Shown: positions 21,946-33,867 of the stretch, one piece after another | Layout of the letters: the number at the start of each line of letters is the position of its first letter | Position numbering within the stretch: the first letter of the stretch is position 1 | Source: Oikopleura dioica | Taxonomy: Eukaryota; Animalia; Chordata | Direction of reading: 5' to 3' | NCBI GenBank assembly: GCA_907165135.1 | Contig: OU015566.1 | Span: 3,348,001-3,412,000 of the forward strand | Length of the DNA: 64,000 nucleotides | The notes under the pieces: generated by a model | Seen by the model: the letters and a program-made list of their open reading frames with translations, nothing else | The model's database searches: none | What the model was told of the DNA's origin: nothing | Position numbers and translations under genes: made by a program

Positions 21946-23169
21946 CAGGCACCATAATTGGATATTTTCTTTGAAAAATAAGGAATATTTTTTAAGCTCG
22001 ACTGATTCGCTCAGTTTAACTCAGGTTATGAAGGCAATAGTAAGTACTATTAGCTCGTCGCTATTTTACCAATTCATAAAAACATATTGTTCTTAACGAT
22101 AAGAAACAAGCCAGAACCAAAAATCGATAAGGCGGTCTTGGATCTCTCAAGTCCGGAAATTTTTTGTTATTTTGGCTTCAGAATTTTGCCGCCGCCGCCC
22201 TAATTGGAGTATAAATTAACCCACCTTGTGATTAAAACATTCGATTTTGTTAGGATTATGCCACTTGCGTCACACAACTCCAGCCTCGCCAGCGTCGATT
22301 CTAGCGTTTTTTTCAAGTCGAGTTCCTCAAAAGTGGCGCGTTATATAAATTCAAGTGGCCTTTTACGAGGCAAAAAATAAATAGTTTTTTTGGAGGAAAA
22401 AAAGAAGATACTCTTGAAATATTATACAACTAGACCACTTTTCTCAATCAAGAGCCAGAGTCCATTTTTACCGTTTTTATTTTTATTTTTTCAAAAAAAT
22501 TTTTTTCCAGAAAATCAACTTTTTTGGCTTGAAAATCATCTCTTCGCGAATTCCGATTCCGGAACTTGTTCGCTATTTTTCGTTTTACGCAAAAATCCAT
22601 GGCATTAGCCGTCGAACAGATCAAAGAGGAGTACCGCGCTCGACAGAATTGAGCTCATCATTGGCTCAAGGCGGATCATCGCGCAACTTTTCCAATTCAG
22701 AGCCGCGCCGCTTTTATCGCAAATCCCCAATTTCATGATGAAAAAAGCAGAAAAGATCCTCCAGTTGTGCCAAAAATAGAAAGTACCGTCAATTATCAAG
22801 GCTTTTAGCAAGATTTGAGCGAAGAAAAATTGGCTTGAAAATTTCATAAAAATTCTAGAATCGAGATCTCGAAAAGGTCAAATGAAAAAGGATCAAAAAT
22901 CTCGATGGAATTCGGGTCACGTGCCAAGATATCGACTGGGAGGAACCATCTGGTGCGAAGGGGAGGTGCCGCCCCACTTGACCAAGTAAGCTCGTCAGGG
23001 CTAGTGCTCATTCCCTAAAACAACAAATTTGCTAATTTTGCTATTATTTTGGCCTAAATGCATCTTAGCCAAGATAAATAAATAGACAAGTTTTTCTAGA
23101 GTTGTTCAATGAAAATAGAAGAAAAATAAATCGGATTTCTCGATATTCGTTTTTGAATTCAATTCAGCA

Positions 23170-23770
23170 ACCTGTGTCTTTAACCTGAGTCAGAGTCCTG
23201 AAAATGCTGAAATAAAGAGCTTCAATTATGACACAGGTTTTTATTCGCAGTTTTCAGGACACTGAGTCAGGTTTTCTTTACTGAATGCAAGAAACAGTTA
23301 AGGGTATCACTGCGTTTCCTTGGCTTACAAAACCTGTGTGAAAAACCTGAGTCAGGGTCCTAAAATTGCTGAAATAAATAGCTCTTATTTTGATACGAGT
23401 CTCTTTATTAACAGTTCTTTAGGACCCTGAGTCAGGTTTTTCAGACAAAATGAAAGAAATATTTAAGGGTATCCCTCCGTTTCTTTGGCTTTTAAAACCT
23501 GCGTGCTAAACCTGAGTCAGGGTCCTAGAAAGGCTGAAATAAATAATTCCAATTTTGATACGACTCTTTTTATTAACAGTTTTTAGGATCCTGAGTCAGG
23601 TTTTTCTTACAAAATGCAAGAAACAGTTAAGGGTATCTCTCCGTTTCTTTGGCTAACGAAACTTGTGTCAGTATTCCCGGACAGGTTTTGAAAGCTGAAG
23701 AAGCGCAGTGATACCCTCAACTGTTTTTTTCCCATTCAGTTAGGAAAACCTGTCTCAGGGTCCTGAAAAC
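23170..23770. repeat. About 163-bp tandem repeat, 3 copies plus an inverted partial copy
   Basis: cctgagtcag(a/g)gtcct recurs at 23184, 23346 and 23511. Each unit also has a second ctgagtcagg and ttaagggtatc. Confidence 0.8.
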
Positions 23771-25607
23771 TGTGATCTAATAGGATCATTTTTAAAATGA
23801 AAAATTCTTTTATGACCTTATTTTCATTAAAATTTCGCCCTGTCTGGCTTATTGAAAATTTGCAGACACGTACTTTTTAGTCCGGTTTTGGAGTGGGAAT
23901 CAATTTCGCGGGTTGAAAATTCGATTGTCGCCACCTTTGTCTCTTGAAAAAACTCACCAAGTCGCGGCTAGAAAAACATCCAACAATAACAGTGGCCGTT
24001 TTTATGATAAATTATGAAATTTCGAAAAAGAAAATAAAACCAGAAATCGCTAATTTTTTTTCACTAAAGCGAGTCGGCCAATGTCAAACACGAGAAATCC
24101 GATTTTGAATCGGGCAAATAATCGTGCTGGAATCGGATTAATTTTGGAAAAAAGGCGAAAAAGAACAAGTCGACGAATTTTTTTTTTACTAAGGAAAAAA
24201 ACTCGGTTGTGTGTATTGAGTGCTGGTTGCATTTCTCAGTTTTCTGAGCAGAATTTGCAAATTTGCGAATTTTCGCCTCTGCCTATTTGTTAGTCAGGTG
24301 GTGAACAATTTGTCGAACAAAGAGGCTGGGTACACAAAGGAAGGCTGAAAGTTTAATAAATAATTCCATAAAATACAATTCGAAAGCACCAACCATGACA
24401 AGACCAACCAACTTGTGAAAATACTGTTTTCACCAAAACACAGGAAACGCGCAGAAAAGGGTTGAATGAAGGGTTGAAGTCGTCGGAAGCGGATTAAAAA
24501 GGGTTGAACAATTGGAAAAAATAAGATTTGAACCGTGTTTTTGATGTGAATGAGGAGTTTTTTTTTCAAAAAATGAAAAACCATAATTTCATTCCGAACA
24601 GAATGATTTGTCAATTTTTAAGAGTCATTTTTTTCTGAAATAGTTTGTTAAAGCTTTGCATACATTAGAGTAGCCTGCTTTCATCATCGACCTAGTTGAA
24701 TAGAGAAATTTTGACTCAAAACCTGGTTTTACTTGAAAAATTTATAGATTGGCTCAAAAACCTGTGCCTCGAAAACCTGCGCAGAAAACCTGAGCCAGGG
24801 TCCCTCGGATTTAAGATTAATCAGGACTCTGACTCAGATTTCCAACACAGGTTTTCTGGGCTCGGTAATTATATTTTAAGGACCCCCCCCATCAAGATGA
24901 GTTTTGTCAAAAATTTTCTGTTGATTGGGGGGGTCCTTAAGATAGCTTTTTTGCAGAATCCGACAGTTGATAATATGCATATAATCACGTGTCAAATCGC
25001 CATAATTGAACAGTATCAAAAATACCATTTTGGCGTCAATTGATTATTCCCGTTGTCGTTTCGTTCCTTCTGCTTCTGCCAGAAAGTAATTAATTATTTT
25101 GAAGTTTTCTGGAATCCGCAGCATTTTCGACGATAAGTTCCAACTAGATAAACATAAAAAACAAACTTCCGCTTTTTTCGTTTATTTTCAAAGGCAGAGC
25201 GGCGAAAGAACTGTTCTTTTTTGGGTAAAAAAAATCATCAAATTTCAAATTTGAAAAATCGAAATCGAAGATATAAAAAAACCAATAGAACTTCTAAAGA
25301 TGATCAAAAAAGGGGTTTTGCTTTTGTCTTTTACGATTCCCATGAGTCTCAGTTGGCTGAATAGCTCGGAAGTATAAATCCAGAGGAGCACTTTCAGCCA
25401 AATGGAACTGTTTATGGCCACACGAGCCCGGAAATTACCATTGATTTTTATTGTCAACCTCTTTTTTATTTTGCTTTCTGTTTTGTTTACTGAGTTTTTT
25501 AATCGAAAAGGGAAAATTTTCCCGGATAAGGGTATCTCAGGTGTTATTTGGGAGAATTTTTATAATAAGGGTGTCATCGCCAAAATCCGCCGTCTGAAAC
25601 TAGCCTA

Positions 25608-26538
25608 TTTTAAACTTGATAAAAACAATTCCGAATTAACAAAGTGACGCCCTTAAACAAGAAATATGGCAAACCGACTAAGGGTATCACTTTTTTATTT
25701 GGAAAAAAGGTACAAACTCGCTCTTTTCCCTCTGTGTCTCTTTTAAGGGATCCCCCCCCAATTTTCCCAACTTTGACCCCTATCTACTTTTTACTCGTCT
25801 TGCGTGTGGGGCTGTATAAGGGCTCAAATTGAAGCCCGTTTCTTGACGAGCAAATGCATGCATGATAAGCCCCTAGTTATAATATTCACTTATGCATTAG
25901 AAGCCGTCTAAGTGACTTAGGTTGCCAAAAACGGCTATTTTCGGTCATTTTCAAGTTGTATCTACTTTTTTTTGGGCTTATGGATTCCTAATATCTCTTC
26001 ATTTTTAGGAAGAATGGACCCTAGTCTACATTTGCATGCATGATCATCAAGTTTGGCAAAGTAGAAAAAAATTTTCTTATTATAAAAGTTTCAGCCGTCA
26101 TTTTAGCGATATTTTGGAGTCTTTTTGCTCTCTAGCGCCGCCAAGTGATGAATTTCTTTCTTGAAAACTGTTTATTTCCTGATAAGGGCGTTATATGTTT
26201 TCAAATAAGCCCCTATTTGCCTCGCTATGAAGACCTTCAAATTCTGAAAAAATCGAAAATTTTTGCCAAGTATTGATTATAGTGCAACTTCAACACGCTC
26301 TCACGAGTAATCAGGTGATATGAGGGCCTTGCCATAAAGGTAAAAAATGACGCTCAGATCATGGGGAATCTAAATATGCACCGCTCGATACTTTTTGGGA
26401 AAATTTTTCGGATCGGGGGGTGATCCCTTAAATAAGCTTTTTTAGAAATAGAAAAGTGATACCCTTAATTGGTTTGCCATATTTCTTGCATAAGGGCATC
26501 ACTTTCTTAATTCGGAATACTTTTTTATTGACTTTAAA
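25608..26538. mobile_element. About 0.9-kb element with about 100-bp inverted termini built from AAGGGTATCAC motifs
   Basis: ttccgaattaacaaagtgacgcccttaaacaagaaatatggcaaacc (about 25630) is the inverted match of ggtttgccatatttcttgcataagggcatcactttcttaattcggaa (about 26470-26517). Confidence 0.6.
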
Positions 26539-27300
26539 TTTCTAACAGAGAAATCTCCAATCAGATTGATTCTTTTGAAAAATCTTAAATAAGGGTGTCA
26601 ATTTTAAATTCAAGACAAAATCATCATTCACAGAGGATGTTTGCAAAACAAAAAGTCCACTTCAGAAGAAGGGGAAAATAAAAATAAGGGTCTTGGTGAT
26701 CTAAGATTGTGCAAAATAACGAGCGGGTCAATAACGGGTTAAGTAGGACACACTTACAAGTAAACCCGTGCATTTTTTATGTGTAATTGCAGCTCGGAGG
26801 AACTCAACTACTAACTGCGCGCGGCCAGTGCCGCACCGGATCTTCAAAACTTTTTTCTTCTCTTTTTTGTAAACTCCGTTTTTTGAGCTTTTTTGCTGAA
26901 TAAAAATTTCACCAGTTGCTTACCAACAATTTCGATGACGCTGGATTTTGGCGATTTCGTCGCTGTTTTCCGACAAATTTCGTTTTTCGCGAATCTGAAA
27001 TCGAAATCGTACGTTTTCGATTTAATCCCTTTACGCCAGGCCTTGTTTATATCCGGTATTTATGATAAATAGTATTTATGTAAATTGAATTTACTCCAGC
27101 CCCGAGACTGCCTCAAAATAACAACAACATCAGGAGCAACATTTCATCAACAACATTTCTTTCTAAATCCCATCAGCATTAAGGGGATTCACGCCAGCCA
27201 GCCTAATCGAATCTAAACTTTTTTTCATGTTTTGAGCGAAAATTTTTCAAAAGAAAAAATTTTACTAAAATAAAAGATAAGGACTTACCAAGAATTGAAG

Positions 27301-27521
27301 TGCATTTTTGAATAACCAATCAGATTGCTGTCTTTGGCGTACCAGCCAATCAAAACCCTGATCAAGAAAATCACTTCTATTTTTTTTTGGTCTGGCCAAA
27401 AATTAAACAAAAAAACGGGCTCAACAAAAATATCGAAGTGATTTTATGGATCTGGGCTTTGATTGGCCGGTAGATCAAATACAGCAATCTTATTGGTTAT
27501 CCAAAAATACACCTCTATTTT
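27301..27521. mobile_element. MITE with about 60-bp TIRs containing tandem CCAAT boxes
   Basis: tgcatttttgaataaccaatcagattgctgt ... acagcaatcttattggttatccaaaaataca. Confidence 0.6.
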
Positions 27522-28544
27522 TTGTTGAGTCAAAAATACTGTTCATTCATCAAAAATCGATAAAAGAAGCAAAAGAGTATGTCTCCTCGTTTTGAAATTG
27601 ATAAGAGAGGATTTGGACCTTCCATCTCAAGTTGTACTCTTGAGAGTAGCAAACCACAGAGTTATCTGAATTTATCAAAAAATGAATTTTTTATCAAATG
27701 GGGTACTTTGCGCCGCGCTGAAAACTTTGAGTGCCGCCCATTACTCCGATAACGGGTTAACTCTCCACACTCGGGTGGGGTCCCTTAACTCCACTGCCAA
27801 AAACGCCTTGATTATTTATCTGAATTGTCAATTAAGGATCTCCCTTGCTTTTCTTCTCAAATTATTGAACGCCGGAAATCAAAAACACGAAAAATCGCTC
27901 ATTTGCGTGATTTAGGGAAGCGCTTGACAGCCAACACGGGTTGTGTTTATTCAAAAATAATTCTCAAAAATGGATTTGTAAACTCAATTACAGGCGAGTG
28001 TATATTCACAAGATTTACGCCGATTTATGGAGGGGCTTAGAAGCCCATTACGTAATTATGGGATGTTGTCAATTTCTAGCAGCAATTTTATGGGCAAAAT
28101 TTATGAAGAAAGATTCTTCCCGCAACGCTTTTTTTTTGTCTCAGTAGCTGCAGTAATAGAACTGTATACCCCCTGTCCTCCAAATCAAGTAAATAATAAA
28201 GTAAAGTATCAAGGTCTACTTTTTTACTTTCATTTCTGCTCAAAATTGAACTGCGGGGGAGGGCGCGGTATAGCGCAGAATTTTATTACTCTTTGGAAAA
28301 ATTAGCAGATGTATATCTGGCCCTCTTATTTTCCAATCTCCGCTCCGAGGATATTGGATAATACAATTTCAACCCTGTTTTTCTTTTTGACTCACCTTGC
28401 TTGTAAAAAAACGCTTCCTGAAAATTGGAAATTGCTTTAGGGTACATTCAGTTCTACTCATCTACTTAAATGAGTTTGACTGTATTTTACAGTCTGTTTC
28501 CTTAAGGGTGTCAACATCGATCAATATTTTCCGATTTAACCTAA

Positions 28545-28740
28545 ATTACCCCCTTAAATGGGGAGGTGTCTGGAACCGACAAAAAATTTCGAAAAATTTT
28601 GCGTGGGCGGCTACTTGGCTGCTGATTCGCCAGTTTGACGAATCCAGTCTTCTGGTTGGTTGAAAATTTCCACGCAAAATTTGTCGAAATTTTTGTCGGT
28701 TCCAGACACCTCCCCATTTAAGGGGGGGGGGGGGTAATTA
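28545..28740. mobile_element. MITE family B, best-preserved copy (about 65-bp TIRs)
   Basis: cccttaaatggggaggtgtctggaaccgacaaaaaatttcg ... cgaaatttttgtcggttccagacacctccccatttaaggg. Confidence 0.8.
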
Positions 28741-28795
28741 AGGGTGTCATCATCGATTGAGTGAAAAATGCAAAAATCGATGATGACACCCTTAA
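28738..28795. repeat. About 58-bp hairpin bounded by TTAA-GGG ... CCC-TTAA
   Basis: ttaagggtgtcatcatcgatt ... aatcgatgatgacacccttaa, a perfect 21-bp stem. Confidence 0.75.
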
Positions 28796-29277
28796 TCCGT
28801 CTGAGCCGTAATAATGGCAAAAATGAGGCGATTGATAATTTTGATTGTAAAAAGTAATTCTAGTGCCCGGAAGAAATAGGCGATAACTAATCTTCGGGAT
28901 TGTGTGGCTGAGCAGGTGGGGATTAACCCGTATCATACCTTGGATAGGAGGCGGATTATAATTGGCAAAAGTCAACTACCGGTACTGCTACGAGTTAGGT
29001 CCTGGTTTGTTTTAGCCTCTGAGTTGGCGTTGTTTTAATTATGCGAAATGACTTTGGCCAGGCGTGGGAAAATTGGAAGAAGCTGAAAATTATTTTAATT
29101 TCGCGTTGCCAAAACAACCGGTTTTGAATTGGCTCAACAGAGAAAGGCTTCTATCTTCTGAATAAACCAGTGATTGAATTATTGGCAATAATTTATTGCT
29201 CTCGACAAAATTTTGCGAGAACAACATTAACAACTGAGGGAATACGGTATTCAAAATATCTTTATTCTTACAATTTC

Positions 29278-29645
29278 AATAAGGGTATCACTTTGGTAAA
29301 TCATCTTTCCAAGTTATTTGTATTTGCTTTTCAAAATCTCGATTCTTTGTGAATATGATTTAACAAAGTGATACCCTTAACTCGTTGTCGAGCATGAATT
29401 TTCAATTTTATTAAGGGTATCACTTTGGTAAATCATCTTTCCAAGTTATTTTAATTTGCTTTTCAAAATCTCGATTCTTTGTGAATATGATTTAACAAAG
29501 TGATACCCTTAACTCGTTGTCGAGCATGAATTTTCAATTTTATTAAGGGTATCACTTTGATAAATCATCTTTTCGATACATTTTTGTAGCTTTTAAAAAT
29601 CTCGATTTTATTTGTAAATATGATTTATAGGAGTGATACCCTTAA
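29278..29645. repeat. 132-bp tandem repeat (3 copies), each an AAGGGTATCAC ... GTGATACCCTT hairpin
   Basis: aagggtatcactttg at 29281, 29413 and 29545, each closed by gtgatacccttaa. Confidence 0.85.
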
Positions 29646-29704
29646 TGTGTTTAAAGATAATCTGCCCATTTTTTAGCAGACGGATACCCTTATTTTTCTA
29701 AGAG

Positions 29705-30105
29705 TTAAGGGGGTAGAACTAGATTTTCCGAAAAACCGAGATTTTCGGGAGGCACTTTAAATAAAAAATACCTGTTTTTACTTTTGATTACGCAATTTCC
29801 TCAAAAATGTTGCTAGATAAAGAGTTAAGCTATCTTAAAATGAGATATAAAAAATTTGGTTAGTCACGTTTCTCGAGAAATTTGAGGACGCGAATACGCT
29901 AAAATTGCGATTTTCGAAGAGTAAGGTTGAAGTTTCGCTCTCTAACGCCAAAATGTGTTGACAAAAAAATTTTAAGAAAAATGTTGTTAGATCTAAGTTT
30001 GCTCTACCTCCAGCCGAAGAGATAATTTGAAAATCTAAGCTCTCCTGGCTTTGAGCGCCGGTCTAGAATCGGCTATTTTCGAAAAACCTAGTTCTACCCC
30101 CTTAA
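29705..30105. mobile_element. About 400-bp TTAA-flanked MITE
   Basis: ttaagggggtagaactag ... ctagttctacccccttaa, a perfect 18-bp inverted match including TTAA. Confidence 0.75.
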
Positions 30106-30147
30106 AATATTTTTTTCTGGCTCGGTTGGAGAAGTCCCGATCAGATA

Positions 30148-30538
30148 CAGTTTGTTGCCAAATTTCCGGAGTCCAAATTTCCGGACACTTTTCAGATTTT
30201 AAGGGGTTTTAGTGGGACACTAACAAATTGACGATGACCCAAATTTCCGGACTTTTTTCAAATTAAGAAAAAATTGACGGTAGCTCATATTTTTCTTCGA
30301 AATAAGGTACAAAAGGTTTAATACATCGACTTTTTGTGTTTATCCTTGAGTTCTCCTATCAAACCCACTTTGTCGTCGTCTTTTTACGTTTAGACGACTT
30401 CTACACGGGTAAGTGACCATATTTCGAAAAATTTTAAGGATGCTTGGTGGGACATTATTTTTCATAGGGAGGCCAAATTTCCGGACATTTTTCGGAAATC
30501 TGGGGACAAAATTAGTCCGGAAATTTGGAAACATACTG
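30148..30538. mobile_element. Tc1/mariner-type MITE
   Basis: TA|CAGTttgttgccaaatttccgga ... tccggaaatttggaaacatACTG|TA. TA target duplication and CAGT termini. Confidence 0.75.
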
Positions 30539-32087
30539 TAACATTGATCTGGGTTATTGGGGTTTATGGGGGATGAAATAATCGCGCGGGGGTAAACAAG
30601 CACTACACAACAGGAACAAATATTCGATTGTTATTGGTTGTTTATGGCCGCCCAGTTCAATAAAAGAACTCCTTGGAAAGCCACTGTTATGTTATGGGGA
30701 CTTTTCTAACTTATCAATTTATCACCAAAGCGCCTTTTAGTGCCCTAAAGAAAGATAGCGCGGTTCGGGTCTTTAGGGGCTCAGTGGGTTAAAGAAAAGA
30801 CCTCTCGTACAGTTAAATCAATTATTAGATGACGTTTGGGCGGTCAGGCCCCTTCTCCTGACCGGCGCCGGGCGCCAATTAACCGGTTGTGATTAAACCT
30901 ATCATTTTACAGAACTTCACGGTCAGCGAGTATCCATCAAATGTTGCGGTTTCGATACAAGTACCCGCCCTTTCCAAGAAAACCTTTAAACCCAATCTCC
31001 CTATTCCGGAAGTACTCTTTTCTCCGTTAAAATAAGGTCCAAACCCGCGGTTTTTCAAAAAAATTTTCGAAACTAAAAATTTCCATTATTTTCAAAAATT
31101 TCTGTCTTATTTTCATCGAGCACCTGAAACAGCGAAATTCAGAAAGAAAACAGGAGCTAGGTTCACCGAGAATCAGTAACCCGTGAATGGGGAAATAATG
31201 ATCCGTCAAAATAATCGTTATCGGCGCTGTCTAAGGATCCGACAGCTAGACTTGTTTTTGCAGCTCTCAAAATTTCAGTCTTTTGAAAAATGTTCCAAAT
31301 AGTAAGGGTGTCTCTTCATTAGAAATAATCTGAAATGGGAAACATACGAGCTTTATCTTTTGTTTTATCTGAGATTGGGTTAAAAATTTTGGGTTTTATG
31401 GGTTAAAAATCAAGGGTTTCAATTTTTTATTTCAAATGCAATTACTGTTGTGACATCCTTAATCTTCGGAAGACTTCAGTTCAAAATAATTGTTTTAACG
31501 CAATGACACCCTTATTTCTTAAATTTTTTTCATAAAATAAGGGTATCATCGCCTCTGAAATGAAATCTTATTTTTTGTTAATAAGGTCTTCCCCCCTTAA
31601 AATTTTTATTAACTGAGCTTCTTATAATTTTGAGGTTACAATTGCATTATTTGATAAATAATATTTGGAGCTTGATATTTTCTGAAAATGCAAATTCAGT
31701 TTTTCAAATATTGCGTTTTTCGCCTGATCATGAAATTAAAATTTGTCAAATATTTACAAGTTCTAAATTCCCATTTTTGCAACAATTGGCGGCGCAATCA
31801 AAGGAAATCTCTTAGTTTGAATCTAATTCAATTTTTAAAGCAAATTTAGTCAGAGCCAATAAAGAAGGAGTTTTCCTCATTGAAAAAAATAAAGCTCCAA
31901 AAGGATCAAAGCGCGGCGCTAATCGCTTATCTCGCCAGAGAAAGTACTTAGAATTTATTCAATAAATAAAGAGTTTTATCTGATTTCCGATTTTGGGAGA
32001 CATTGAAGCGCTCCTTTATTTGGGGAATAATGTAATCGATGCCAAAATTTTTGGTAAGCTACTTCGAAAAATTAATTGATTCATCGA

Positions 32088-32535
32088 AAAGTCAGGACCC
32101 TGAGTCAGAGTCTTTCAAAAATCAGGACCCTGACTCAGGCTTCTTCGAAAGTCAGGACCCTGACTCAGATTCTTCCAAAGTCAGGTCCCTGACTCAGGTT
32201 TTCTCAAAAGTGAGGACCCTGACTCAGGTTCGTTCAAAGTCAGAAACCTGACTCAGGTTCTTCCAAAAGTCAGGACCCTGACTCAGGTTCTTTCAAAAGT
32301 CAGGACCCTGACTCAGGTTTTCTCAAAAGTCAGGACCCAGACTCAGGTTCTTTCAAAAGTCAGGAGTCCTGAGTCAAGTTCTTTCAAAAAACAGGACCCT
32401 GACTCAGGTTCTATCAAAAGTCAGGATTCTGACTCAGGCTTCTTCGATAGTCAGGACCCTGACTCAGGCTTCTTCGAAAGTCAGGACCCTGACTCAGATT
32501 CTTTCAAAAGTCAGGACCCTGACTCAGGTTTTCTC
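32088..32535. repeat. About 30-bp minisatellite, about 15 copies, consensus aaaagtcaggaccctgactcaggttctttc
   Basis: Directly visible tandem array. Nearly every unit has TGACTCA. Confidence 0.92.
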
Positions 32536-33867
32536 CCAGGTAGCTGGTCCCAGCTCCCTCTAAAAGCCCATAAAATCGAAGTTCAACTTGATCGGCTAAT
32601 CATTACAGACCTATTTCTGTAATTGACTCTGCTGCATCTAATTTTTTTGCTTCCCATGATAGCGATCGTCGATCAGGTCGAAATTTACAGGTAGCTCAGT
32701 TGGTGGTTTTCTGGGTCAGGGAGTGGGTGATATCCCTCACTGGGGGTTTATTATCCTCAGCAATTTGTCTATTTGCAAATCAACAATAATGAACTGGAAC
32801 GATTGATTACAATCGACATTTCTAAAGTTTCATGCAAGCTCGGTGGGGCGCCCCTTGAGCCAAAAATTGCAGAAGGGATGACAAAAAAATTTGAGGGGAT
32901 GGCTCACCCCCGGGTTCGAAAACTCCCTTATTAGAAAAGTTCTAGTTTTTGGAACGTCATTTTTTTCGAGATGGCGTGAGTTGTCGAATGTATCATTGTT
33001 CTATTGGCGGCGCGTTCAAAGCATAATCAAGAATATTTACTCAGCTCTGAACGACGGCGAGTTTGATGTATCACTCGCCAAAAAAAAGAAGCGCGAAAAA
33101 GTTGTAATTTATAAAGTTTTTAGCATTGATTTTTGAAGAAATGAGAATACACTATTACTGATTTTGGCGCGGCGCGTGCTCTATTATCAACCCTAATGGC
33201 ATTACAATCCCCGATCCGCGTCTAAGCCGCGTCTCATCTACAAGGCGGTACAACCTTAAAACGCCACGGCTAAACACAAACGTTACAATTGGTGAGGAAT
33301 ATTGTAAAATATATTTTTCTATTATGACTTTTTCTTTTATGAAACTAATGAAAATTTCTATAAAAAATATCAAAACTTCATAAAGTATTTTGCCTCGGCG
33401 CTCGTGTACTCCCTCATGCGGCGTTTCGGAGCGTGGCAAGTTGCTTCGTCAAATCCTTTCCTTTGCGAAAAGAAAAGGGAGCGCGGCGCTTGAGCTCCCT
33501 CGCCCCGGCACTGGGCGGCGCTGTTCGACTCCTCCGCTGGTGGAACCCTCTCTCTAAGACCACGAAAGCGCCGCAGCCCTTATCCGCTACCCTTATTCCT
33601 ACCTAGCTTCGTTGCTACTTATTCCTTTACCAAAAGAAAAGAAATCTCCGACAAAACAATTTCTCCAAAAACAGTTTTTAAAAACCACAATTGACCAATC
33701 AAAAAGAGCCATAGAGTGAAATCAACGAAGAAAAAAAACCCTCAGAAAGAGACTTGAAGAAGAGATTTAACCCGCTGACGTCCTTCATAATGAGAGACTG
33801 AAAGAAAGTCGACGAGAAAAAATAGAAAGCAGTCTTTTCGGATTTTAGCTACAAGATTCTAGAGACA

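Noticed and set aside
21170-23000. Scattered exon-like segments on both strands
   Set aside because: Splice phases and strand could not be reconciled into a gene.
32088-32535. Regularly spaced about 30-bp repeats resembling a CRISPR array
   Set aside because: The units are contiguous with no unique spacers, there are no cas genes, and the context is eukaryotic. It is a minisatellite.
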